A stretch of DNA of 64,000 bases from Dehalococcoidia bacterium (GTDB taxonomy: Bacteria > Chloroflexota > Dehalococcoidia > Lucifugimonadales > UBA3495), in NCBI GenBank assembly GCA_034423195.1, contig DAOUIZ010000023.1:92028-156027 (forward strand), in the 5' to 3' direction. A program made the translations under genes and the position numbers. The stretch's first letter is position 1; every line of letters starts with the position of its first letter. Of this stretch, positions 1-9,185 are shown one piece after another. The notes under the pieces are model-generated. The model made no database searches and had not been told where the DNA came from. It saw only the letters and a program-made list of their open reading frames with translations.

Positions 1-119
1 ATGGGAAAGGTCTACTTCGCCAGCGGATCCGTCGCCGTAAAGAATCCAAATACGGTAGTTCTCCCGGGGCTCGACGGCAGTTGGACGGTTCATTTGTTCC
101 TTCCTCACGGGTTGAGCAA

Positions 120-497
120 TCATTGCACCAGAGCTTCCGCAGTGTTTATGTAGTCCCTGGTGGCGTGGATGAGGGTGGGTACTTCCTCGGAGCCGCAGCG
201 GTCGTTGTAGAAGCATTGACCGTGGAGGCGGTAGATGGACTGGTAGTAGTGGGGTTTCATACTCCGTACTGCGTGGTCCCGGCGGGCGAGGGCGTCCAAC
301 TCGTCGGAGGTGCGAGCGGTAGTACCGGGTTCGTCCCCGGTACGGGCCGTAACCAGAGCATCGGTGGCCCGCTTGGTGGCGCACCATGCCTTTTCGGCAG
401 CGTCGCGGATGTCGCCAGCTTCAAGCCGTTCGAGGGCGGAGAGTTGGAGCTGTCGGGCATCGGCGAAGATGTCTTGAATTTCCCGGGTTATGGTCAT
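120..497 (-). CDS. PaREP1-like / HEPN-superfamily small protein (125 aa)
   Basis: ORF 120..908(-) trimmed to the internal ATG at 497 (MTITREIQDIF...). The upstream codons are Pro/Ser/Thr low complexity and overlap asd. GAGG lies 6 nt upstream of this ATG. Motifs L-x-x-GD-x-x-x-A-x-EK-x-W and a late LH-x-x-x-FY are shared with the paralogue at 8699..9064. Family assigned from remembered PaREP1 pattern. Confidence 0.5.
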   Translation of the reverse strand: MTITREIQDIFADARQLQLSALERLEAGDIRDAAEKAWCATKRATDALVTARTGDEPGTTARTSDELDALARRDHAVRSMKPHYYQSIYRLHGQCFYNDRCGSEEVPTLIHATRDYINTAEALVQ

Positions 498-513
498 GGT
501 CTGCCTCGCTTGG

Positions 514-1566
514 CTAGCTGCTCGCGGCGCTCTTGGGGTGGAGGCGGTTGCGGGTGACGAGTTCTTCGGCGATCTGGATGGAGTTGAGGGCAGCGCCCTT
601 GCGGAGGTTGTCGGAGACGATCCAGAGGACGAGGCCGTTGGGGTTGGAAGCGTCGCGGCGGATGCGTCCGACGAAGACGTCGTCCTTTCCGGCGGCATCG
701 GCGGGCATGGGGTAGACGCCGTTGGAGGGATCGTCAAGGACGGTGACGCCTGGCATTCCTGACAGGGCTTCGCGGGCTTCTCCCGGGGAGACGGGACGCT
801 CGAACTCGAGGTGGACGGCGGCGCTGTGGGAAACGTAGACCGGGACACGGACGCAGGTGGCGGAGATGGCGATGTCCGGCGCGTGGAGGATTTTCCGGCT
901 CTCGTCAATCATCTTCTGCTCCTCGCGGGTGTAGCCACTGTCAAGGAAGCTGTCGATGTGGGGGAAGACGTTGAAGCCGATGCGCTGAGGCAGGGAATCG
1001 GGCTGGACTTCCCTGCCGTCCATGAGGGAACGGGTCTGGCCGGTCAATTCGTCCATGGCCGCTCCGCCTGCGCCGGAGACGGACTGGTAGGTGTCGGCGA
1101 CGATGCGGGTGATGGGGCTGAGCTGGCGCAGGGGGTGGGCGACCATGACGAGGGGCGTGGTGGAGCAGTTGGGGATGGAGATTATCCCCTGGTGCCATTC
1201 CACGTCGGCGCCGTTGACCTCGGGGACGACGAGGGGAACGGTGGGCTCCATGCGGAAGGCGGAGCCGTCGTCGATGACCACGGCTCCGGCTTCCACCGCG
1301 GCGGGGGCGAACTGGCGGGAGACGGTGGCGCTGACGGAGATGAAGGCGATGTCGACATCCTTGAAGGAAGCCTCGGTGGTCTCCTGGACGGTGTGGTCCC
1401 TGCCGTTGACGGTGATGGTCTTTCCGGCGGAGCGGCTGGAGGCGAGGAGCTTGAAGTTGTGGGGGTCCGGGCAGCGTTCTTCCATGATGCGGAAGAACTC
1501 GGTGCCGACGGCTCCGGTGGCGCCGACTACGGCGATGGTGAGGTCGTTGAGGGTTGGGGTGGACAC
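514..1566 (-). CDS. asd: aspartate-semialdehyde dehydrogenase
   Basis: 350 aa. N-terminal Rossmann loop VVGATGAVG and active-site region IPNCSTTP. Full-length Asd-like sequence, adjacent to dapB. Confidence 0.93.
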   Translation of the reverse strand: MSTPTLNDLTIAVVGATGAVGTEFFRIMEERCPDPHNFKLLASSRSAGKTITVNGRDHTVQETTEASFKDVDIAFISVSATVSRQFAPAAVEAGAVVIDDGSAFRMEPTVPLVVPEVNGADVEWHQGIISIPNCSTTPLVMVAHPLRQLSPITRIVADTYQSVSGAGGAAMDELTGQTRSLMDGREVQPDSLPQRIGFNVFPHIDSFLDSGYTREEQKMIDESRKILHAPDIAISATCVRVPVYVSHSAAVHLEFERPVSPGEAREALSGMPGVTVLDDPSNGVYPMPADAAGKDDVFVGRIRRDASNPNGLVLWIVSDNLRKGAALNSIQIAEELVTRNRLHPKSAASS

Positions 1567-1636
1567 GGTGGTTACTCCGAATTGGGGTTACGTTGGGGGA
1601 CTCGTCCCCCAAACCCCCTGATTCAAAATTAATACG

Positions 1637-2425
1637 CTATAGGCCGAGGATGTTTTCCAGGCCGACTACGAGGCCGGGGTTCTGGTTGGCGTGGCGGATG
1701 CAGCGGATGACGCCGGGCATGTAGCAGTCGCGGCCGAGGGTGTCGTGGCGCAGGGTGACGGTCTGTCCGGCGGCGCCGAAGACGACCTCGTGGTGGGCGC
1801 TGCGGCCGGGCATCCGCACGCTGTGGATGGTAACGCCGTTGAGCTCGCCGCCCCGGGTGCCGGGGTGGTTTTCCTTCTCGGTGACGTTGCGGTCGAACTG
1901 TTTTTCCTGTCCAAGACTCTGGGCGAGGGCCATGGCGAAGCCGGAGGGGGCGTCGATCTTGGCCTCGTGGTGGGACTCGACGATGTCGACGTAGTCGAAG
2001 TAGGGAGCGGCCTGCTCGACGAGCTTCTTGAGGACGACGGCTCCGAGGGCGAAGTTGGGGGCGACGACGATTCCGATGCCCTTGTCGTTGGCGAGGGAGT
2101 CGAGGTGCTCCAGGTTTTCTCCGGTGAGGCCGCTGGCGCCGAGGACCAAGTTGGCGGAGAAGTTGGCGGCAACGTCCACAGCCTCCATGCAGGCGGCGGC
2201 GTTGGTGAAGTCGACCACCACGCCGGGGTTGGTGTCGGAGAGGAGCCGGCCGAGGTCGGTGGACAGGGGCACGGAGCCGCCTCCGGCAAGCTGGAGTGAG
2301 CCGCCCCGGTCCTGGCGGCAGGTCCCGCCAACGAGTTCAAGGTCGGCCTCGCGTCCGATGGCGTTGACAGTCTCGGCGCCCATCTTGCCGGTGGCGCCGT
2401 GGACTACGACTTTTATGGAGGGCAT
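1637..2425 (-). CDS. dapB: 4-hydroxy-tetrahydrodipicolinate reductase
   Basis: 262 aa. VVHGATGKMG nucleotide loop and ESHHEAKIDAPSG catalytic motif typical of DapB. Confidence 0.93.
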   Translation of the reverse strand: MPSIKVVVHGATGKMGAETVNAIGREADLELVGGTCRQDRGGSLQLAGGGSVPLSTDLGRLLSDTNPGVVVDFTNAAACMEAVDVAANFSANLVLGASGLTGENLEHLDSLANDKGIGIVVAPNFALGAVVLKKLVEQAAPYFDYVDIVESHHEAKIDAPSGFAMALAQSLGQEKQFDRNVTEKENHPGTRGGELNGVTIHSVRMPGRSAHHEVVFGAAGQTVTLRHDTLGRDCYMPGVIRCIRHANQNPGLVVGLENILGL

Positions 2426-2640
2426 GACATCCTCCTGTTTCCCCTCCGGGGCCTGTCGCCGTGGAGTCCCTGCTGGCTCCCCGGGGCCGCCCGGGGCGGA
2501 CAGTTCGAGGGGATTAGGGTGGGATTGATATTATCACGGGGGCGTGTCAGTGGAGAAGGCGGCGGGCCGGCCCAGTTGGAAGACCGCAGCGCAAAGGAGA
2601 CGACAGGGCTGAGAGTTGGCATCACACTGCATAAGCTATA

Positions 2641-2669
2641 TTGACACAAATCGTATCAATCTTTATAAT
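2641..2669 (+). promoter_or_regulatory. consensus sigma70-type promoter upstream of nirK
   Basis: TTGACA (2641..2646), a 17-nt spacer, then TATAAT (2664..2669). Both hexamers are perfect consensus and sit 50 nt upstream of the nirK ATG, in an otherwise GC-rich intergenic region. Confidence 0.6.
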
Positions 2670-2719
2670 GCTTTGCCCAACATACCGGGACTCACCCGGG
2701 GTTGGCGAAGGAGGGTGTT

Positions 2720-3895
2720 ATGTTGAGTCCAAGAAGATTCCCAGCGGGGAGGCGGCTGATTCTTGCCCTCTTGCCGCTGCTCCTTGCCGCTGCGATGGCA
2801 GGGGCCTGCACCAACGGGGACCAGGAGCAGCAGACCGGTGCCGGAGTGGGAGCCGCCTACTGGGCCGGCCCGACGGTCTGGGAGCCGGAGGATGTTGCGA
2901 GCCTGGAGCGGGTTACCCAGGAGCTGGTGGCTCCGCCGGGCCTGCCCCAACACGAGCAGGCAGCGACCAGCGGGCCAAAGGTAGTGCAGGTGCGGATGGA
3001 GGTAGAGGAAAGAGAGGTGGAAATAGCTCCAGGGGTGTTTGTCTGGGCGTTTACGTTCAACGGATCGGTCCCGGGCCCAATAATAGTGGCGCATGAGGGC
3101 GATTACATCGAACTGACGCTGGTGAACCCGGTCGGGAACCAACTGCTGCACAATATAGACTTCCACGCATCCATTGGCGCGCTGGGCGGCGGCGAGTTGA
3201 CCAACGTGGGACCGGGGCAGGAGGTGGTGCTGCGGTTCAGGGCGGTCAAGCCCGGGGTGTTCGTCTACCACTGCGCTCCCGGGGGAACGATGGTCCCCTG
3301 GCACGTCACTCATGGGATGAACGGCGCGATCATGGTGCTGCCCAGAGACGGCCTGAAGGATCCGGCGGGGAATGCCCTGCGTTATGACAGGGCGTATTAC
3401 ATCGGAGAGCAGGACTTCTACGTTCCGCGGGACGAAGAAGGCAAGTTCAAGCGTTATGACAACGCCGGGGCATCGTTTGGGGATGATCTGGGAGCGATGG
3501 CAACCCTGACTCCCACCCACATTGTGTTCAACGGAGAAACGGGGGCGCTGCAGGGCGAAGGGGCGCTGACGGCCAACGTGGGGGAGAAGGTGCTGATCGT
3601 GCACGCCCAGGCGAACCGGCAGTCCTATCCTCACCTGATTGGCGGGCACGGGGACTACGTTTGGGAACGCGGGGGCTTCAACAATCCGCCGGCCCTGGAC
3701 CTGGAGACCTGGGTGATAGCCGCGGGTTCGGCCGGGGCATCGGTCCATGACCTGCAACAGCCTGGGACGTATGTCTACCTGTCCCACAACCTGATCGAGG
3801 CTTTCGTGTACGATGCGAAGGCGATTCTACAGGTGGAGGGGGAGTGGAACAATGACCTGATGGAACAACTGGAGCCACCGGCTCCGATCCAGTAA
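2720..3895 (+). CDS. nirK: copper-containing nitrite reductase, predicted lipoprotein
   Basis: HNIDFH and [20 protein letters not shown] copper-ligand motifs. N-terminal signal peptide with lipobox-like AMAGAC. Start set at ATG 2720, 7 nt after AAGGAGGG; the listed ORF begins at a TTG at 2702. Confidence 0.9.
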   Translation: MLSPRRFPAGRRLILALLPLLLAAAMAGACTNGDQEQQTGAGVGAAYWAGPTVWEPEDVASLERVTQELVAPPGLPQHEQAATSGPKVVQVRMEVEEREVEIAPGVFVWAFTFNGSVPGPIIVAHEGDYIELTLVNPVGNQLLHNIDFHASIGALGGGELTNVGPGQEVVLRFRAVKPGVFVYHCAPGGTMVPWHVTHGMNGAIMVLPRDGLKDPAGNALRYDRAYYIGEQDFYVPRDEEGKFKRYDNAGASFGDDLGAMATLTPTHIVFNGETGALQGEGALTANVGEKVLIVHAQANRQSYPHLIGGHGDYVWERGGFNNPPALDLETWVIAAGSAGASVHDLQQPGTYVYLSHNLIEAFVYDAKAILQVEGEWNNDLMEQLEPPAPIQ

Positions 3896-3943
3896 TTCAT
3901 CGGGAGGGAGGCTCCGGGTTTCCCCCGGCGGCGGTCCAAAACG

Positions 3944-3976
3944 AGAGGCAGGGTCGAAAACCCTGCCTCTGTTGTT
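3944..3976. terminator. bidirectional intrinsic terminator between convergent nirK and pnp
   Basis: Perfect 10-bp stem AGAGGCAGGG / CCCTGCCTCT with 7-nt loop TCGAAAA, followed by GTTGTT. An A-rich run on the other side could serve the opposite strand. Confidence 0.6.
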
Positions 3977-4004
3977 CGCTTCCGGTTGTCCGTTTACGCG
4001 GAGG

Positions 4005-6464
4005 TTAGCGGTCGGTGCGGGGGCGTCCGGTGCTGGAGTTGTTGCCGAGGAAGCGGCGCTCCTGGTAGCCGCCGCCCTGACGCGGGCTGCCGGTTCCCTG
4101 GCGGGGGCCACCGCCCTGGCGATTGCCGCCGCCGCCCTGGCGCGGGCCACCCTGGCCACCACCCTGGCGTGGACCGCCCGGTCCGCCGCGACGGTCGCCA
4201 CCGGGCCGGTTGCCGAATCCACCACCGCCGCCGCGATTGCCGAATCCGCCGCCGCCCTGGCGGGGACCGCCGCCACCCTGGCGCTGACCTGCGGGTCCAC
4301 CGCGACGGTCACCGCCGCGGTCGCCGAATCCCTGGCGCGGGGCCGGGGGCCGGGGAGTGGGGGGCTGTCCCCCATCGTCGTCGCCGAAGAGGGCGCGGCG
4401 GGAGAGGTTGAGGCGGCCGAGGTTGTCGATTTCCTGGATCATGACGGTGATTTCCTGGCCGATGTCGATGTCCTGCTCGACGTCGCCCATTTCCTCGCTG
4501 CGGAGGAGGCCGTCCTTGCCGGGGATCAACTCGACGAAGGCGCCGAAGTTGGTGAGGCGGCTGACCTTGCCGGTGAGTATGTCTCCGACGACGAGCTCAC
4601 GGGTGAGCATTTCGATGCGGTTGCGGGCCATGTCGATCATGGCCTGATCGGTCTGCCCGATGGTGACGCCGCCTTCATCGCCGACGTCAATGGAGCAGCC
4701 GGTCTCCTCGATGATGCCGCGGATGACGCGGCCGCCTGGGCCGATGACTGCGCCGATCTTCTCGACGGGGATCTGGATACGAATCATCTTGGGGGCGTAG
4801 GGACTCATGTGGTCGCGGGGCTGGGAGAGGGCCTCGTTCATCTTGTCGAGGATGAAGAGGCGTCCCTGGCGGGCCTGCTCGAGAGCCTCGCTGAGAACGG
4901 CCTCGGAGAGTCCCTTAATCTTGCAGTCCATCTGGAGGGCGTTGACGCCCTGGGCGGTGCCGGCGACCTTGAAGTCCATGTCGCCGAGGAAGTCCTCAAT
5001 TCCCTGGATGTCGCTGAGGACGGCGTAGGCCCCGTCGGGGTCGGTGATCAGTCCCATGGCGATGCCGGCTACGGGAGCGGAGATGGGCACTCCGGCGTCC
5101 ATGAGGGCGAGGGTGCTGCCGCAGACGCTGCCCATGGAGGTGCTGCCGTTAGAGCTGAGGACCTCGGAGACGACGCGGATGGCGTAGGGGAAGTCGGCCT
5201 CGGAGGGAAGGACGGATACCAGAGCGCGCTCGGCCAGGGCGCCGTGTCCGATTTCCCGCCGGCCGGGGGAGCCGACGCGGCGGGCTTCTCCGACGGAATA
5301 GGGGGGGAAGTTGTAGTGGTGCATGTAACGCTTGGTGCCGTCGGGGCCGACGGTGTCCAGGGTCTGCTTCATGGTGAGGGAGGCCAGGGTAGCAATGGAG
5401 AGAACCTGGGTCTGGCCACGGGTGAAGAGGCCGGAGCCGTGGGTGCGGGGAAGCACTCCGGCTTCGCTGGTGATGGGGCGGATCTCGTCCAGGCCGCGCC
5501 CGTCGGGGCGGATGTTCTGGTCAAGGATGCGGCGGCGGACCTCGGACTTGACCACGGAATTGAAGGCTCCGCCCACGTCGGAAGCGGAGTAATCCTCGGC
5601 GAGCTCCTCGGCGATGGCGGACTCGAGGTTGTCGAGGGCCTCCACGCGCTCGGCCTTCATGGCGTTCTGCTCAAGGACGGCGGTGAGACGGCCGTTGAGG
5701 CTCTGGTGGATGCGCTCTTCCAGCTGCTTCTCCCCGGTGAGATCGACGTTGACCTCGAGCTTGGGGTTGCCGGCGCGGCTAACCAGGTCTTCAATCATGT
5801 CGATGGCGACCTGGTTGGTCTCGTGGGCGCGGCGGATGCCCTCGACGATAACTTCTTCGGAGACCTCGTCGGAGCCGGACTCGACCATGATGATAGCGTC
5901 GCGGCTGCTGCTGACGACCAGGCTGAGCTGGCTCTCGTGGATCTCGTCGTAGGTGGGGTGGATGATGTACTCGTTGTCGCTGGCGCGCCAGGCGATCCGG
6001 CAGGCGCCGATGGGACCGTCGAAGGGAATCTTGGAGATGGACAGCGCCGCGGAGGCGGCGTTCATGGCGAGGACTTCGGGGGGATTGACGGGGTCAGCGG
6101 AGAGGACGGTGAGGATGACCTGGATTTCGTTGTGGATGCCCTTGGGGAAGAGGGGACGGATGGAGCGGTCGGTGAGGCGGGCGGAAATGATGGCTTCAGT
6201 TCCGGGCCGTCCCTCCCTTCGGAAGAAGCTGCCGGGGATCTTGCCGGCGGAGTAGAGGCGCTCCTCGTATTCGACGGTGAGGGGGAGGAAGTCGATGTCG
6301 GCGCGGGGCCGGTCGGACATGACAGCGGTGGCGAGAATGACGGTGTCGCCGTAACGAAGGGTGATGGACCCGTGGGCCTGGAAGGCGAGTTGTCCGGTTT
6401 CCATGGACAAGCTTTCATGGCCCAGCACACGTTCGACAACGGTAGGGATGGTCATAGTAGACAT
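4005..6464 (-). CDS. pnp: polyribonucleotide nucleotidyltransferase (PNPase) with Arg/Gly-rich C-terminal extension
   Basis: 819 aa. Two RNase PH-like cores, a KH region (IGAVIGPGGRVIRGI) and an S1 region (GDILTGKVSRLTNFGAFVEL). Located downstream of rpsO as in most bacteria. Confidence 0.95.
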   Translation of the reverse strand: MSTMTIPTVVERVLGHESLSMETGQLAFQAHGSITLRYGDTVILATAVMSDRPRADIDFLPLTVEYEERLYSAGKIPGSFFRREGRPGTEAIISARLTDRSIRPLFPKGIHNEIQVILTVLSADPVNPPEVLAMNAASAALSISKIPFDGPIGACRIAWRASDNEYIIHPTYDEIHESQLSLVVSSSRDAIIMVESGSDEVSEEVIVEGIRRAHETNQVAIDMIEDLVSRAGNPKLEVNVDLTGEKQLEERIHQSLNGRLTAVLEQNAMKAERVEALDNLESAIAEELAEDYSASDVGGAFNSVVKSEVRRRILDQNIRPDGRGLDEIRPITSEAGVLPRTHGSGLFTRGQTQVLSIATLASLTMKQTLDTVGPDGTKRYMHHYNFPPYSVGEARRVGSPGRREIGHGALAERALVSVLPSEADFPYAIRVVSEVLSSNGSTSMGSVCGSTLALMDAGVPISAPVAGIAMGLITDPDGAYAVLSDIQGIEDFLGDMDFKVAGTAQGVNALQMDCKIKGLSEAVLSEALEQARQGRLFILDKMNEALSQPRDHMSPYAPKMIRIQIPVEKIGAVIGPGGRVIRGIIEETGCSIDVGDEGGVTIGQTDQAMIDMARNRIEMLTRELVVGDILTGKVSRLTNFGAFVELIPGKDGLLRSEEMGDVEQDIDIGQEITVMIQEIDNLGRLNLSRRALFGDDDGGQPPTPRPPAPRQGFGDRGGDRRGGPAGQRQGGGGPRQGGGGFGNRGGGGGFGNRPGGDRRGGPGGPRQGGGQGGPRQGGGGNRQGGGPRQGTGSPRQGGGYQERRFLGNNSSTGRPRTDR

Positions 6465-6580
6465 AATGAAGGTTTCAGACCTCGCTTTTATTTAAAGGGG
6501 GAACGGCCAAACCAGCCAAGGCTAGACGCAGCGACCAATGCCCGGGGAGGGCACATTCAGGGGGAACAAGGTGTACGGGG

Positions 6581-6847
6581 TTACCGGCGGAGACCCAAGC
6601 GGCTGATGAGGGTCTGGTAGCGGTTGACGTCCTCCCGGCTGAGGTAGTTGAGGAGGCGGCGGCGCTTGGAGACCAGCCCCACCAGCCCATGACGGGAGTG
6701 GACATCCTTCTTGTGGGTGCGGAGGTGGTCGGTAACCTGCCTGATCCTCTCGGTGAGGACAGCTACCTGGACTTCGGTGGAGCCGGTGTCGTTTTCGTGG
6801 ATCTTGTACTCTTCGGTGAGGCGCTGCTTGGTGTCCTGGTCTAGCAT
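6581..6847 (-). CDS. rpsO: 30S ribosomal protein S15
   Basis: 88 aa with full-length S15 pattern ([15 protein letters not shown]...[14 protein letters not shown]...RRRLLNYL). Confidence 0.95.
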   Translation of the reverse strand: MLDQDTKQRLTEEYKIHENDTGSTEVQVAVLTERIRQVTDHLRTHKKDVHSRHGLVGLVSKRRRLLNYLSREDVNRYQTLISRLGLRR

Positions 6848-7080
6848 CAGTTAAGTGTAACCTTTTATCTTTCCCTTTACGTATTCCGGGACAGGATAGC
6901 ACAACCGGGATATTGGGCGCAACGCCACCTGCCCTGGTTGTTCGGAAATTACGGAAAGGCGATACACTGCGAGCGAGATATGGAGCGCAAGAAGAATTCA
7001 TTGCCATCATTGCGGCAATAGCGTGACTTGTTACGGGCACGAGGAACACAGCAGGGGCCTGCCTGTGGCATATCTACCTG

Positions 7081-7106
7081 TGATATAATTGATAAATAGT
7101 ATCATC
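7081..7106 (+). promoter_or_regulatory. extended -10 element and Fur-box-like AT-rich operator upstream of the rubrerythrin-VIT1 gene
   Basis: TGATATAAT (TGn + TATAAT) at 7081..7089 lies inside tgatataattgataaatagtatcatc, which is built of GATAAT-like hexamers with TGATA...TATCA symmetry. It is the only AT-rich patch in this intergenic region. Confidence 0.4.
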
Positions 7107-7182
7107 GGAAAAGGGGCGGCACCGAGGCCACCCGTTGCCGCCAAGGCGGGCGGATGAGTCTCCGCCAGGAAGGATTGGGGCC

Positions 7183-8481
7183 GTGACAACGGAAGCAGGG
7201 GAGTTGAGCCGCACGGACAGGAACCTGTGGAGCGCGATCGCCGCCGAGGCGGTTGCCCACCTGAAATACAACGCATACGCCCACAAGGCCCTGGAGGAGG
7301 GCTACCCGGAGGTGGCGCAGGTGTTCCAGGAGGTGGCGGGAGCGGAGAACGTTCACGGCATGAATCACCTGAGGGTGGCCGGGCATATATCGGCCACGGC
7401 GGAGAACCTGCGGGAGGTGGTCACCGGGGAGGTCAAGGAGTTCGCCACGGTCTATCCCAGGATGATACGGGAGGCGCTCGGTGAGGGCCGGGAAGACGCG
7501 GCCGACTCCTTCGCGCTGGCGTTGGAGCGGGAACGGCACCACCAGATGGTGTTTTCCGAGGCGCTGGGGCGGCTGGAGGAGAAGCAGTCCCGGGTGGCTC
7601 GAGATGCGGAGAACCAGCTATCGTTGGGCGACGGGACGGTGGGTGAACAAGATGGAAATGCCTCTGGTACATCAGCGGGGCGAGTTGGAGAGGCGCCAAC
7701 AGTGTCACCGCTGACCACGCCGCTGCCGGCGGGGTATGACGGGGAGGATATGGACCTGCAAACCTACGTAGACGCGACGCAGGAGGTGGACCGGGAGCGG
7801 TTCCGGGTGGCGAACCTGGGCCGTCTGCGGGAGGTGGTGTTCGGAGCGCAGGACGGCATCCTGAGCACGGTGGCGCTGGTGACGTCGGTGGCGGTGGCGG
7901 TGGGGAGCACGTCAACCGTCCTAGTGGCGGGGCTGGCGGCAGCGCTGGCCGGGATGGTGTCGATGGCGACCGGGGCGTACCTGGGGTCGCGGGCGGAACA
8001 GGACGTACAGCGGGCGGAGATCGAGCGGGAGGCCAAGGAACTGGAGGAGAATCCGGCGGAGGAGTATGCCGAGCTGATGGTGATTTTCCAGAGGGAGGGC
8101 AAGTCGTTCGAAGAAGCGCGCCAACTGGCGGACCAGATCTCGGAGGATAAGGACCTCTGGCTGAGCACGATGGTGGAGAAGGAATTGGGTTTCAGCCCGG
8201 AAGGCATCTCGAGTCCCCTCAAGGACGCGCTGGTGATGGGGGCGGCGTTCATCATCGCCGCGGCCATACCCATCGTGCCGTACATGGTGTGGAGCGGCGG
8301 GGTAGCGATCGCCGTTTCGATTACGGCAGGGCTGGCGGCCCTGTTTGCGCTGGGAATGGGCAAGGGGCGGATCGTGCGCCGGTCGCCGCTGAAGCAGGGG
8401 CTGGAGATCCTGGGAATCGGGGTGGCATCGGCGGGGGTCGGGTTCCTGCTGGGAGAGGGGATACCGCGGCTGATCGGGTAG
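7183..8481 (+). CDS. rubrerythrin/ferritin-like domain fused to VIT1/CCC1 transporter (MbfA-like iron exporter)
   Basis: N-terminal E-x-x-H pairs (AEAVAHLKY, AENVHGMNH) and C-terminal VIT1 signature VVFGAQDGILSTVALV plus TM helices. Start is uncertain: GTG 7183 after CAGGAAGG is preferred, and the listed ORF starts at 7135. Confidence 0.8.
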   Translation: MTTEAGELSRTDRNLWSAIAAEAVAHLKYNAYAHKALEEGYPEVAQVFQEVAGAENVHGMNHLRVAGHISATAENLREVVTGEVKEFATVYPRMIREALGEGREDAADSFALALERERHHQMVFSEALGRLEEKQSRVARDAENQLSLGDGTVGEQDGNASGTSAGRVGEAPTVSPLTTPLPAGYDGEDMDLQTYVDATQEVDRERFRVANLGRLREVVFGAQDGILSTVALVTSVAVAVGSTSTVLVAGLAAALAGMVSMATGAYLGSRAEQDVQRAEIEREAKELEENPAEEYAELMVIFQREGKSFEEARQLADQISEDKDLWLSTMVEKELGFSPEGISSPLKDALVMGAAFIIAAAIPIVPYMVWSGGVAIAVSITAGLAALFALGMGKGRIVRRSPLKQGLEILGIGVASAGVGFLLGEGIPRLIG

Positions 8482-8698
8482 AGGGTAATCCAGGCCCATC
8501 GCCTCCGGCACGGCCGGCCGAGTCAGGACGGCATCGCTGATAGACAGGGCACGTTGGGAGGGTGAATCCCACAAACCCCCTGAGGAAGGGGTTGTGGATT
8601 TAGGCAGGCGGCTCGGGTGCCGGACGAGGACAATTGCGCCGGTTGACACGAAGGGGATGGGATATAATACTGCGCGTCGCGAAACCCGGGGGTAGAGC

Positions 8699-9064
8699 AT
8701 GACAACTGGCGTCACCGACCATATTGAATTGGCAAGACAGTTCCTGCAGCGAAGCAAGGAATACCTCAACGACGGCGACCCGCATCAAGCGTCCGAGAAG
8801 GGTTGGGGTGCCGCCGCGCACATCGCCAAAGCCGCTGCCGCCGCAAACGGTTGGGCGTATGAGCATCACGACCAATTCGATATGGTCATCCAGAACGCCC
8901 GCCACAGGTTTCGCCAACCGAGCCTGCGGCAGTACGGGCATTCCGCTCTTGTCCTGCATCGTAACTACTATTTGCACCCGTCCCTGCTGAACTCCGAGGC
9001 CATACAGGAAGATATCGAAGACGTAGAGACGCTGCTGAACGTCCTGGAACCGTTCCTCACATAG
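8699..9064 (+). CDS. PaREP1-like / HEPN-superfamily small protein (121 aa)
   Basis: Carries L-x-DGD-x-x-QASEKGWGAA and LHRNYY motifs. It is a paralogue of the 120..497 gene and is followed by a strong hairpin. Confidence 0.5.
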   Translation: MTTGVTDHIELARQFLQRSKEYLNDGDPHQASEKGWGAAAHIAKAAAAANGWAYEHHDQFDMVIQNARHRFRQPSLRQYGHSALVLHRNYYLHPSLLNSEAIQEDIEDVETLLNVLEPFLT

Positions 9065-9078
9065 ACGCCCGTTATTCC

Positions 9079-9126
9079 AAACCAACAGCACCCAGGGGAA
9101 CCATTCTCTCTGGGTGCTGTTGGTTT
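9079..9126. terminator. bidirectional intrinsic terminator hairpin
   Basis: A 16-17 bp perfect stem AAACCAACAGCACCCAG / CTGGGTGCTGTTGGTTT with a 14-nt loop, then ATTC. It sits between two convergent genes, the PaREP1-like gene and the permease. Confidence 0.6.
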
Positions 9127-9185
9127 ATTCGGGAAGAAAAACGAACGCAGGCCGACTGGGTTAACCGGGTTTGCGAGCAATTTTC

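Noticed and set aside
3972-6620. 882-aa ORF on the plus strand, the longest in its region
   Set aside because: It is entirely antisense to pnp, and its translation is Ala/Gly/Asp/Val low complexity, typical of shadow ORFs in GC-rich DNA. pnp is unambiguous on the other strand.
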